DNA from: Sminthopsis crassicaudata
Lineage: Eukaryota
Assembly: GCF_048593235.1 (NCBI RefSeq)
Contig: NC_133617.1
Span: forward strand, 162,276,937-162,340,936
Direction: 5' to 3'
Length of the DNA: 64,000 nucleotides
Made by a program: the position numbers and the translations under genes. Of the stretch, positions 37,421 to 50,365 are shown in pieces (the first letter of the stretch is position 1; every line of letters starts with the position of its first letter). The notes beneath the pieces were generated by a model. That model saw only the letters and a list, made by a program, of their open reading frames with translations, was not told where the DNA came from and made no database searches.

Positions 37421-39551
37421 GTGAAGATGGAGCTCACAGAATGCTGGAATCACTCTCTCATGCAATCTTTCTACTCTGGTCTGTATATGTCTTCTGTGTG
37501 CTGAAAGCAATGTCAGCATACAAGATATCAGGTGGTTATAGTTTAAAAAAAGAAAAGAAAAATAAATAAAAAGAGAAAAGAAAAATAAAAGATTAGCATT
37601 GTGGAATTGGAGGATAAAATATTCACTACTATTTCTTACACTGATTCCAGGTTAAGAGCAACATTTATTAGTCTTTCTGGTCACACCAAAATTATATGGA
37701 TTTTCCTAAGCAGAGATAAAACTGTTCCCTTTGACTTTTCATTTGTACATTTTTGTTTCTCTCCTATTTTCCCTTTTTTGTGTTTTCTTTCTGATTTCTG
37801 TATTTTCTTTACTGTCTCCTGGATATGTCCTCAGGGTATCTCTTGCTGAATGAAACTTCTGGTTATGTGTAGCAGTTTATATCAACTGACCAGTGGAGAT
37901 TATTGGGGGAGAAATATAAAGTACACACCCCCCCAGGTCATTTGCTAGCTACTCAGACAGGAGGTCTATTGAAAAGAAATTTTTTTCTTCCCCCTAGAAA
38001 TTTCTGAATAACATAAGGAAAAAGTAGAAAATTTTAAAAGGTTTTTTTTTAATCCTTTCTTTGATCCTAGCAGAAAGTGCCTTTAGCTTTTTTATATGTG
38101 CTTTGGAATTTTTTACAGAAATTCAGATAAAAGAACAAAAGGAAGAAATTAATTTCCAAGATACATTTCCAAAGTAATTTCTGGATTCCTAAGAAACAGT
38201 GGAACATTGTAGTATGATGATAAAGAGTTCTAAGTGTAGAGCCAAAGGGTCTTGGTTAAAATTCCAGTTCTGACATTTACTGCCTATATGACTTTACACA
38301 TCTTGAATTCACTTTCTTTATTTACTTTATATTAATCTTTCCTATATTTAAAATGAGAAGATTAAGCTAGATGTCTTCTCATATCTCTTTCAGCTCTAAA
38401 TCTATGACAGTAAGCCAATAATTTATTATTGACAGTTTTCATTTAGATAAAGTAGTCAGGACTTTTTAAAGGTAATTTTAGTAGTTAAATTTTCCTAAAT
38501 AATAAACCTTTATCTGAATGCTATAATTTTTAAAAATTCATTTTGTTTTCCTTCGTTTTCAAAGAGGACCAATGACGTCACAGAGTTATGTTTTGACTTG
38601 CTCATGAAGTGGATTTAAGTTAGGCAGAGCTGTGCAAAGTCCTCAATCTCACTCTCTCTGTCTGAGTCATTGAAGTTCAGTGGCAGAACAAAGATTAAGA
38701 TGACCTGCAGTAGTCCAGAATATATTGGGTGACTTTGGCATCTTGTTTGCCCAGCAAAGTTCTCAATGCTCCCCAATGCTGCTTCAATTGCCTTCACATG
38801 GTCATTGGGGGGAAACTTGTTCTTGGAGCCACAAGTGAGATTTTGGTGAAGGTAGATACCAAAAGTGGGTTAACAGCCTTGAAAAACGTTCAGCAAACTC
38901 TCCTACCAGATATATTCCTGCTCCCTGAACACCTCATACACCACAGCAGCTAGATGATGAAGTGGATAGAATACTCAGCCTGGAATCAGGAACATTCTCC
39001 TGAGTTTAAATCTGGCCTCAGACATTTATTAACTGTGACCCTGGACAAATCACTTGACCCTGTTTTGCTTCAGTTAGTCATCTGTACAATGAACTGGAGA
39101 AGCTAATGGCAAATTATTTCACTGTCTTTGCCCAAAAAAAATCTCAAATGGAGTCAAGAAGAGTTGGACATCACTGAAAAAAACAACTAAACAACAACTT
39201 CTGACTCTAAATCTAGTGCTATTTCCTCTATACCATATTTCCTCATATTTCTAAAAATTAATCTATCTGTAATGACTTGTATAAAACTAAAATTTTCTTC
39301 AAGATTTCATATTGCCTTTCTTAATACAACATTTACTAAGCATTGTATTAGGTAATGGAGATACATAAATGAAAAATAACTCAATCTCTGCTCTTGAGCT
39401 TACAGTCTAATAAATGATACAACATATACACACACACATATAGAAACACATACATTTATACATACACACACACGTACATACATGTCACTTTCCAAGATTA
39501 CCTCACTTATGTATCCTGTTTTCTGATCTCTGGTTTTGCCTTCTTTTGCAG

Positions 39552-39813
39552 ATAGCAGATCTTGGTGTTGCCTCCTTTAAGACTTGGAGCAAACTGACTA
39601 AAGAGGAAAACAACAGGCAGAGGAAAATAAATACTGCTGCTAAGGGGAACGCTGGCCGTTTAAGTACCTCAGCTGAGGCAAATGCTGGCACCCTGTTGTA
39701 CATGGCTCCAGAACACTTGAATGATGTCAACGCAAAGCCCATTGACAAGTCAGATGTGTACAGTTTTGCTATAGTGCTCTGGGCAATTTTTGCAAACAAG
39801 GAACCATATGAAA
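39552..39813 (+). CDS. RIPK1: RIPK1 coding exon 4 (262 nt): DLG motif and activation loop with an 11-aa insertion
   Basis: Encodes [15 protein letters not shown]...[37 protein letters not shown]. It is 33 nt longer than the 229-nt human exon. Confidence 0.97.
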
Positions 39814-40855
39814 GTAAGACATATGTAGGAGAATATCATATGATTAACCCAAATTGTCCCATGATATTAAGACCTTTAAAATTGCTAAATATTAAGATCT
39901 TTGGAAAATCAGTTACAATTTGAAGGAAACCTGGGCTAAAAATAAAAGATTCATAGAAGAAATCCTAATACTTCATCTAAACCTTGCATGGGATCTTTAA
40001 AGTCATCAACAAAAGGGGATTCATATATTTATTTAACACAACTTGAGCAAACTGCTGTGCTAATCTCTGAAGGACAGAAAGATGTATAAAACATAATTCC
40101 TATCCTCAAAGAACTTACAATCTAGGAGAGGTATAAAACAAAACAGGCACACCACAGAACAGCCTATCATTAGATGTTCTGTTGCAGAAAAAAAATAATG
40201 GAAATTGACAGTTTGGGAACTACAAACTAACTTTTTAGGGGTGCCAGCTAGTAGGAAGGGGTTGATTTTTTGGATTTTGGATTTGAGCTTTTGGATTGAA
40301 CTAGTCTGGATATAATGGTGAAAGTGAGTAGAAAATAACATAGGAAAAGAAGGTGCAATATATCTGTGGTGTCTCTGGTGTTGAAGCCTGAGTTTTTATC
40401 CCTTATGTTATCATTAATGCTCTTAGATATCTATCTGTTCGTATTGTTCCAAAGTCCATACATAATGTGTATCAGAACAATGAAGTTGTGATTAAATCCA
40501 GCTTATCCTATTTGGATTGTACTAACTGAGCTTGTTCTCAATTTCCCATCCCTAGTAAAGAATGCTCAGTTGTTATTAGAGATATTTAATGTAGGGAAGG
40601 TGATCTCCCCCTTACTGGAAGACTTTGAAAAGGGGCACAATGACCATTTCATGAATCTCACTTGTTTTTTCATTGAATTTATAGAAATTTATAATGGTAA
40701 TGGAGGATAGAATGGGAATTGTTCCTTGATTTCAGAACCTTACAGTATAAGGAGATATATACATAAGATACATATATGCATACCTACACACACACCAATA
40801 CACAAACTAGGTAGAAGAACTAAAGAAACCTCTTGAAGAGGGTGAAAGAGGAGGG

Positions 40856-41612
40856 GACAAAAGCTGGTTTAAAACTTAACATCAAAAAAACTAAAATCTT
40901 AACAACTAGTTTCATCACTTTCTGGTAAATCGAAGGAGAAGAAATGTAAAGTGTCAAATTTTGTATTCTTGGGCTCAAAGATCAGTGTAGATGGCAACCA
41001 CACTTATGAAATTAAAAGATGCTTGCTTATGGCAAATCTGGGCAGCATCCTAAAAGACAGATGTAATTTTGCCAACAAAGGTCTGATTTGGCAAAGCTAT
41101 GATTTTTCTGACTCATATCAGGAAGACCTGAGTTCAAATTGAACCTCAGAGACTTATCTTGGGAAAGTAACTTAACCCTGTTTAACCCAATTTCCTCATC
41201 TGTAAAAAGAACTGGAGAAGGAAATGGCAAAGCACTTCAGTATTTTTGCCAATAAAATCCCACAAATGGGTCACAAAGAATCAGACATGACTGAAATACC
41301 TGAATATTATAGCTGCAAGAGTTGGATAGTAAAGAAAACTGAATGCCTCAGAATCACTGCTTTGAAATCATGGTGCTAAAGAAGCCTTTTAAGACTCCCT
41401 TAGACATCAAGGAGATCAAATCTGTCAATACTTAAATAAATTAGTTAAGGAAATTCCCTAGAAGGTCAAATATTTGAATTGAAGCTTTAATATTTTAGCA
41501 ACATAATAAGAAGACGTGACATTGGAAAAGACCCTGATGTTGAGAAAGATTGAAGGAAAATGGAAAAGGAGACAGCAGAGGATGAGATGGAAAGATAGTG
41601 TCATAAAAGCAA
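40856..41612 (+). mobile_element. BovB-like RTE LINE 3' fragment, interrupted by a SINE at about 41110-41300
   Basis: Matches recalled BovB 3' consensus (tgaaattaaaaga, ttgccaacaaaggtc, ttggaaaagaccctgatg, cagaggatgagatgg). Confidence 0.75.
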
Positions 41613-42533
41613 TGAGAAGTAGTGGATTCCTCTTCACTGGATATATTTGAAGAGAGACTGAATAACCATTTATTGGGAGATAGAGGGAATTCTTGTTCAG
41701 GCATGGATTGGATGGCCACTCAGATTCCTTGAGACTCTGAAATCCTGTAATTCTGGGATGTTGACAGAAAGTATCCTGTGAAATTTAAGGAGTAAAAACC
41801 TGCTTTTAGCTAGGGCAACCTAATAAGCAATAGGTGGCATCTGAGATAGACTTCCCAGAAAGGAAAAGAATCTTCACAGGCAGAAATGTGGAAGGAAGAT
41901 CTCCCATGTATAAAAGATGGTCTATGAAAATGTCAAAAAGATGGGAAATGGCTGGTAGTCATGTCTAGAGAATTGCATACTATGTGAAAATAAATTGAAC
42001 AAAAATATGACTTGAAAGAGAAGTTGTAGAGGACCTTGAATGCCACCCTAGCTCGTTTTGTATTTTATCCTAAAAATTAGTAAGCCACAGGTAACATAGT
42101 ACTATTCTCTATATTATATTATATTCTCTATATTAGGAAGATTATTTCAGTACTATGGAGATCACGGTGTGGAGCTGGCCTTGGATTTTTGAAGTTTCTG
42201 TTAATGGATCAGAAATTTACTAGTCTTGCTAGTATAGATAAATCATTGCTCCCAGTTAAATTTTGAGAACTTAGAAGGAAACATGAGTGATAATAGTGTA
42301 GCTGGGAGGTAGAAGCCTTGAGATATCTCATTCCTTAAAAAGATGACCTATAAAATTCCTTCTAACTAAGGGATACTCTTAAGTTACTCTATGCCATTGT
42401 AGAAATTAAAAGCAATTCTTGGTACAGATAAAGGTAGAAACTTTGTTTACATATCTTCCTTTGACTATGAGCTTTGCCATGAAGGAAAACTGGAGCAAGA
42501 AGGGCAATGATGAAGCTTATCTTTGCCTTTCAG

Positions 42534-42683
42534 ATGCTATTTGTGAACGACAAATAATAACATGCGTTGGAAATGGAAACAGACCAAATGTGGCAGAAAT
42601 TGCTGAAAAGTGTCCAAAGGAGATTATTAATCTCATGGTACGGTGCTGGAATGGGAATCCAAAAGATCGACCAACCTTTAATG
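42534..42683 (+). CDS. RIPK1: RIPK1 coding exon 5 (150 nt)
   Basis: Encodes AICERQIITCVGNGNRPNVAEIAEKCPKEIINLMVRCWNGNPKDRPTFN; size equals the human exon. Confidence 0.95.
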
Positions 42684-45086
42684 GTAAAATATCTATGAAT
42701 CTAGCTATACCCATACAAAGATTTTTAGGAATGCTGCTGATAGGAGCTCAGAAAATCAAGTCCAAAATTCTGAACAGTTTCAAAGTGACTTTCCAAATCT
42801 TTTAAAATGACTTTTTTTAAGCATTCAAAATAACAAAGCCAAATATCTCATTTCTATCCTTTGTCTCTCTTCCTTCCCCTAGTGTGTTAAACATGTGTTT
42901 GACAAGTGACAAGTGCATAACTCAGCATATACTGTACATTAGTGTGTTCAGCTGATATAACTGCCAAGTAAAAGGGCTGGAGTCCCTGCTTTTGAAGAGT
43001 CATAATGATACTGTGAAACATAAAAACGTTCTGTGACTGATTCTGATCTTCATGAAAGACAGAAGTTTTTTTGATTGGCTGTAGTTGTAGAATGGGGACC
43101 GTCTTCAAAAGGCCTCCTGCTTTCTCATTTGGAGTTCTGATCTTGGTTTGATTTCTTGATCATTGGCATGCGTGAGTGACAATGATATAAGAGGAGAACC
43201 CTAGACTCTCTCTTGTAGCCTAGGAATACAGGTTCAAGTTCTTTGCCTGCTGTGGTATTTGTTCTTTTTCATTTTAGGTGAAGGAAGTTGAGGGCTGTGA
43301 CTTTTGTGAGTTTCAGACAGTCAGTAGAGCAAGCTATCCAAGGTGTAGGTGTTCAGAAGGCCTGCTTTCCTGACTTTTTGAAATACCAAAGACAGTAGCC
43401 TCCAATTTCCTGCTTCTCAGGGTATCAATGGGTTAACCTCAAAGCTTGGCCCTGGTCTAGGGAACAGGATTCCCAGGCCAAGGTCTTTCCCCTTATAAAA
43501 GACTTTCTCTGGCCCAACACTATCAACAAAAAAAGTCAGATTATGAGTAGAGGTTGCTCATCACTATCAACAAAGAAGTGAGTTCCTGACCAAGAAAGCA
43601 AGAGGCCATTGAACAAATTGATGTACTCTGTGTAGGCTTTATAGGACAGACTTATTGGCAAATCCCATTATACTTGCATTGTCTGTGTGTGTGTATATGT
43701 GTGTGTGTGTGTACACGTTCAGTTTAGAACAAGAATATACATTGGAGAGAGGAGCAGGGAAGGAATAGAAATGAATAAGAGAAAGCCTCATTGAGAAAGT
43801 GGTACCTGTCATGGAGGAAGGGAAGTTATCAAAAGGAGTTGAAAGGGGGAGGCAGGAGGACAAAGGCAGGCAGACTTGTGAGAATGATCAGAGACAGAAA
43901 GATGGGAGAGAGCAGGATAGAATGAGTAGTTCTTTTTGATAGGAAAGCAGGGCAAAAGTGTAGAGAATATATGATGATAATAATAATAATAGCTAATAAT
44001 CCTTAATATGTGCCATGTAAGTGTTTATAACTATTACTTTATTTACATTATTATCTTATAACATCCCTGGAAGGGAGGTCCCCATTTTACAGATAAAGAA
44101 ATTGAGGCAAACAGGGGTTGTTATATGCTCAGGGTCATACATCAAGTAAATATCTGAGGCCATAGGCTACCAAGTATTGGATTGTAGCAACTCAAGAGCC
44201 TTTGTCACTTCCTAGAGATTCTTCCTATCTAGTCTGTGATCAATTTTCTTATTCTCTTTATCACAGAACTATTTCCTTTTATTGTTTTGTTTTTTCTAAT
44301 CACTCTTTAGGAGCATTTCCCCTTGTAAAAATGACAATCATTACTTTTACTTTTGTAAAACACTGGTCAGTGAAGAACACTGATGAATGGCAACATGAGG
44401 AATAAAGGCTTAATCAAGCAAATAGTGAGAAGCCAGTGAAGCTTTTGAGCAGAAGATTGCTATGATCAGAGCGATACAATAAGGGAAATTTTATTGGGCA
44501 GGTAGAGAAAGATGAGTTGAAGAAGGGAAAGACAAAGGCAGGAAGAGCCCTAAGGAAAGGAAAATCATTTCAGGGATAATATAGAAGAGAGAATGGATCC
44601 AAGAAAAATTGGAGGAAGAAGGGGATAGATTCACAAGCAACTTAGCAATCAGTTAATAAAGAGTGACTTCCCTTCTCACTTGTCCACACAGAATTCTTAA
44701 TCCTCTCTTTGCTTTTGTACATTGAACAGTGTCTTCTTGCTTTGTCATCAAGGATACATAGTTCCCAATCATTTGAAGCAGTAAATCAAAATAAGAAGTG
44801 CTGAGTCAGTCTGCTCTGATCTATGAAGGGGAATCTGGGAAAAACAATACCAACCCAAGACCTTGTGCTTCCTAGAGCCTCCTAGCATGCTTTATGTCCT
44901 GTCTAGTATATTAACAACTCTTTTATTAATTTTCTTTACTAAGGAACTATTTCCCACCCCAACCCCCATTTCCAATGAACTCTATAGTCACTTCAGGGTC
45001 AATTCACTTTATATAGATAACAAATCAACATTTTTACTCTTGTGTTACAAAATGTTAAAACTTTTAAAAAAAAATTTTTTTTACAG

Positions 45087-45163
45087 AAATTGACCAAGAA
45101 TTCAGACCTTTATACCTTGAACAATTTGAAAAAAAGGTAGAAGATGATGTAAAGAACTTAAAA
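45087..45163 (+). CDS. RIPK1: RIPK1 coding exon 6 (77 nt)
   Basis: Encodes IDQEFRPLYLEQFEKKVEDDVKNLK; cag| and |gtaagt; size equals the human exon. Confidence 0.93.
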
Positions 45164-45345
45164 GTAAGTAGTTTAGTTGATGTATAAAAATGGGAATTTA
45201 TGTAACATATTTGTATGCTTAAACATAAGTAAGGAGGGATAGCATTACTGTTTTTATAGTTTTTCCCAAGCACTTCATCTTGGTGATAACAAAACATGAA
45301 CATTAGCAGCTAAGTTTTCCTTTGTTTTTCGTATTATGTGTGTAT

Positions 45346-45354
<9 letters not shown>

Positions 45355-45403
<49 letters not shown>
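45355..45403. repeat. (TG)n microsatellite; other simple repeats at 16491-16555, 19224-19262, 32826-32895 and 58748-58820
   Basis: Read directly from the sequence. Confidence 0.95.
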
Positions 45404-45408
<5 letters not shown>

Positions 45409-45559
45409 ACATAAGGAAAAGAGGATCAAAGAAAGAATGAACCCCTCAGCTCAGGGTGGATTAAACAATTAAAATGGAAAGGAAAATCTAAGAGCGGGAC
45501 AACTTTTACTCTGTTTCTGCTTTCTTTTGGTCACAATCTTTGGACCAGAAAGGATAGAC

Positions 45560-46800
45560 CAAAAAATGGGTAATAGGGAGTTGAAACTCAAGATAAGTAG
45601 AAAGATAATAATGTCTAGCTGCTCTTGATGACCAAAGTAAACTAGATCCTTGGATACTGAAAGAACTGGTAGCTGTAATGACTGATCCATTGTCAGTGAT
45701 TTCTGAAAGATGGTGAACAGCAGGGGTACTCATGCCTGAAGAAGGATAAATGCTGTCCCAATTTTCAAAAAAGTGAGCTGTTGAATCTGCAAATTACAGA
45801 CCCAAGAGCTTGACTTCAATGACAATGAACCTTTTACTGAAGTTATGGTTCGAACATCTAGTAAAGGAAGCAATGGTCACAGAGAATGATCAATATGTCT
45901 TCATCAAGAATAGAATCATGCCAAACCAACCTTCATTTTTTGACAGGATTCCTCAGGTCAGAAGAATGCTACAGTTACAGTATCTCTAGATGTCAGCAAA
46001 GTATTTATAAAACTTTTCACGTTGTCTTTATGGAGAATATGAAAAAAGTAGACTAGATGATAACATAGTTAGCTGGATTCAGAATGTGCTAAATTGCTAG
46101 AAAATATTGCAAGCTGAGGTTGCATGATAAAGTGGAGAGAGGACTGAACTTAGGGTAGTTGGATTCAACTTCCTACTCTAACAATTCTTAGACAGTTGAA
46201 TCTGGGTAAGTCATTTAATCTTCTCTGTGTTAGTTTTTTCATCTGTAAAATAAAGACGATAACAATTCCCAGCCTATTTCATAAAATTCTTGCCAAGAAA
46301 ACATTTTGCAAACTTTAAAATGCTACATAAATGTGAACTGTTGCCATTATTATCATTCAGAGTTCAGTGTCAACTTTGAAAGAGATCTTTATTAGAATAT
46401 CCCAGGGATGGTCTTTGGCTTAGATGATGGCACACTTATCATGTTTATAGATAACACAGAAATGGAAGGCATAGCTAACACATTAAGTGGCTAAATCAAG
46501 ATCCCAAAGCATCATGACAGTTTAAAACAAAGGACTAACTCAAATATGGTGAAATTTTATTATAGTACTTTACAAGTTCTAGTTAGAGATTAACTGACTG
46601 TGAAAAAGATAGGGGTTGGGTAGAGTAATGGATTGTATTCTTAATATAAATCAATAAATAGTGTGTAATGAAGTCTTAGGATATGTGAAAAGATAAATAG
46701 TGCAGGTAAGAGCCCTACTGTATTCTGCCCTGGTCAGACAACACTCTAGGGTATTGTGTTCATTTCTAGGTGCAACCTTTTAATAAAGATACTGACACTA
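45560..46800 (+). mobile_element. Ancient L3/CR1 LINE fragments
   Basis: CR1 RT-region motifs (aaagaactgg, tgtcccaattttcaaaaaag, tctgcaaattacag). Boundaries approximate. Confidence 0.6.
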
Positions 46801-46849
46801 TCTTCTGGGAAGACAGTAGAATAGGTCAGAATATTTCAAGCTCTCCAGA

Positions 46850-48150
46850 CTTCCTCCACAAGCAGAACAAAATTATACTTCATGGTGAACAGAGACTGAT
46901 GGAAAAAAAAAAAAAAGTAAGACTTGAGGCAGAATAGGAGTCCTCCAGACCCTGGGAGCGAAGTGTAAACAATTCCAGGCTGACTCCACCAAAACAGCAA
47001 GCTATCCTTGGGATAACTAGGTTTGGAGGTAGTCTCTGTCACAATCTCAAGAACTTTCACTTCTGGGGTAGCCTGGAGAGTCAAGGGTCTGAGTCGGAGA
47101 AGACTAAAGGAACCTCTGCTGATTAAGAATGTCAGGCCCAGTTGTGCTTCCAAGATTCCGCCTCAGACAAAGAGGAACCATCCAAAACCTGGGGAGTACA
47201 GAAGCAGTGGGGCAGGGATGCTGCTGGCTGTAGGCACTTGCAGGAAGGTGGATCAATTGGTTTGGGATTCCAAGATAGGGGAGAGAGTTGAAGTGAAGCC
47301 AGAAGCACCATCTTCTCTACCCAGGATTAAAGGAGGTTAACACTAATACTTTCCATTAAAAAAAATAAATAAAAATAATAAGCAGGCAAAGGGGAAAGAA
47401 TCTAACCATAAAGACTTACTATGGAAATAGGGAAGATTGAAGTTCATAGAAGAGGATATTGAAGTTAAAAAAAAGTCTTTCCTATACCAAAGAGTAATGT
47501 TAAATGGCTCCCTGCCCACAAAGAATTTGCAGAGGAAAAACTAAAACAAATAAATAAATAAATAAATAAATAAGAGCTACCCAAGAAAAACAAGTAGATT
47601 ATAAAAAAAAAATCTAACCAAATAGAAAAGGAGATACAGAGTCTTAGAGAAGAATGTAATTCTTTAAAAATTAGAATTGAACAAGAAGAAGCCAATGAAG
47701 CTATGAGACCAAGAAATAAAACAAAAAATAATGAAAAAATACAATAGAATGTAAAACATAAGAAAAACAACATAACTATGGAAAACAGATCAAGAAGAGA
47801 AAATATTAAGAATAACTGGCCTACTTAAAAACTGACCAAAAAAAGAACCTTGATACAGTAATGCAAAAATTAATCAAAGAAAATTGTCCTAGAATTATAG
47901 AAACACTAGGGCAAAGGAGAAATAGAAAAAAAAAAAAAATCCACTAATCACCACCTCAAAGAGATCCTAGATGGAAAACACAGAGGAATATTATTGCCAA
48001 ATTTCAAATACTCCTCCCCCCCAGACCAAAGAGAAAATCCTACAAAAACAAAACAAAACAAAACAAACAAACAAACAAACCCAATTCAATTCAAATATGC
48101 TGGAGCTGCAAATAGAATTGTAGAAGATTTATCAGCAGCTACAAAAAAGA
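46850..48150 (+). mobile_element. L1 5'UTR/ORF1 fragment, 3'-truncated
   Basis: Degenerate ORF1p: coiled-coil region, tccactaatcaccacct, attgccaaattcaaa, FKYAGA. Ends about 45 nt before a RIPK1 acceptor. Confidence 0.7.
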
Positions 48151-48193
48151 CTGCAGATCCTGAAATAATTTGTGTTTTGGGCTTTTTCTGTAG

Positions 48194-48284
48194 GAAGCAT
48201 ATCCTGCTCCAAATGAAGTAGTGAAAAGGATGCAGTCTCTCCAGATTGATTCAGTACCAGTGCCCCCAAGCAGAACAAATTCAG
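48194..48284 (+). CDS. RIPK1: RIPK1 coding exon 7 (91 nt): MK2 site and caspase-8 cleavage site
   Basis: Encodes EAYPAPNEVVKRMQSLQIDSVPVPPSRTNS (human KRMQS320LQLD324). Not in the ORF track because it is short. Confidence 0.95.
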
Positions 48285-49801
48285 GTAACTTCCAGGATAC
48301 TTGCAAGTCATTTCATTTGTGCTTTCACTCATTCACTTAACTAACATTTGTTGAGGATTCACTATTTGTAAAATGGTTCTCAAGACAAAGCAAGATACAG
48401 AGAAATGTAATAGTTGTTCTCTGCCCTCAAAAATTCTTCATAATCTTCTCAGGGAGTCAAAATGTATACACAAAACTTTAAATAAAAACAAAGAGTTATC
48501 AGAAGCAGAATGTGACTAAATTTCAGATAAATGGCACAGATGATAAGAGTATATCATTACTGCCACTTCTTAAGATTGTGGTATTTGGGAGTAAAACTGG
48601 CTGAAGTCAGCTTCCTATTTATGAAAGACTCCCTGACCTTTATCAGCCATAGTAATGGAATCAGTGGAAAAAACACATTCATAGAAGGAGGCTGACTTAG
48701 AGAGTATTCTCATAGCATAGCATCTACAGACTTTGACCACATTTTCATCACAGACCTCTTCATACATGCTTGACTTATGGGTGATAGAAAAAATGGACTT
48801 CCTTTTCCTCAGGAATGCAAATAGGATAATTCCCCTGACAGTGTTCTTGAAGGGATGGCACAGAAATATCCATTGGGAAGGATGAACTTTATTGTTGCCC
48901 ATAGATGCTTTTCTCAAACCCTATTCTCATATTTGAATTCTGCAATTCAAAAAAAAAATGTTATCAGTTCACCAACAATATGATAGCAGTTCTGCCTTTG
49001 TCTACTTCCCTAAAAAATGTTGACCACAAGAACTTCAGCCAGAAGGGTTATATCAAAGCTGCTGGCAAGCAGAATCCTCCCAAGCCCATTTTATGGGGCT
49101 GCATGTCCCGCACCTGCCCTCTCAACCTCTAGGCCTTGTCACACTTCTCTTTTCTTGTTGTGTTCTCTACAGGCCCCATGTGACCTTAACTTAGCTGGCA
49201 AAATACTGAGGTTTTGAAGATATTTTCACAACCACTCTATAACTACATGTTACATACAAGATGTGAATTATTTCTTGTCATAGAAATGCTTATGAGCAAG
49301 GTTATAAGGAGAATAAATGATCTCGTTGCAACATTTATTTAGAATAATGGATGGATGAAAAGATGTTTTGATTTTAAAAAAGAAAAAAAAACCTTTAATT
49401 GTGGTAACTTTCCTCCTTTTTCCTCACAACTAATAGAAATAATTCCTTGGTATTCCTCTTTTAACTGGGGTACTTTTATTTCTGGATTTCTCTTTATATC
49501 ATACCCTTCCCCTTAGATATGAATTATCATTTGTTATCTCTCTTAATTCCTATGGGAAAGAAGAGACTCATAGACTTCTTATAATTGTTTTCAAATTTTT
49601 CTATGGTGTTTTGATAAGATTCAATGACATAATGATGGTGAGATTCATTTGAGATAATGTACATAAAGCACTTGGCAAATAAACGAAATTTTTATGTAAA
49701 TAGCAACTGTTATTATTTATGACTTTGTTAAGATATTCCATATTTTTAAAAATGTATTGAGAAGCTTTCATTTAATACTTCTGTTTCTTTCCATGCTACA
49801 G

Positions 49802-50365
49802 AACAGCCCAATTCACTCCATAGCTCTCAGGAACTCAGGACTAGTTGTGTTGATGAGTCCATGTTTGCTCCCTGCCCTGACAACCAGCCAGAGGAGAGTG
49901 AGATCTCTCCTGAGGCCCTCATTCTACAAAGCAAGCTACAGGAAGAGGCAAACTACCATCTTTTTGGCAGCCGAATGGATAAGGGGACAAATGACCACCT
50001 TAGATATCTTGCAGCTAAAAGAGAAGAAGAAAGGAGACGAAGAGTCTCCCATGATCCTTTCACAGTGGCACCTGTTCAACCTCAGAAGTATGAGTTTCAT
50101 CAGAATACTTTTATTTCTGAGGGGGGCTCCTGTCCTCCCAATGCAAACAGTCATAGCAATCTGTTACATCAACCAGCAGCGCTACCTACCCCATTACAAG
50201 TACCAATATTGAATAACCATCAAGTTTTTGGATCAAGGTCAATAGATCCAAGAGCAAGCAATATGTATGGAGTAAACCTAAGCAGTGTAGCTACCCCCTC
50301 TAAAATACCTGTTCCTGAGTCTACCACAGGAGCAAACATGCCAACTCTTCCATTTGATGCAATAG
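49802..50365 (+). CDS. RIPK1: RIPK1 coding exon 8 (564 nt): intermediate domain
   Basis: Encodes QPNSLHSSQ...LQSKLQEEANYHLFGSRMD...REEERRRRVSHDPF...IPVPE; phase 1 at both ends. Confidence 0.95.

Noticed and set aside
42419-42805. 128-aa ORF around RIPK1 exon 5
   Set aside because: Only 42534-42683 matches RIPK1; the flanks are intronic open frame by chance.
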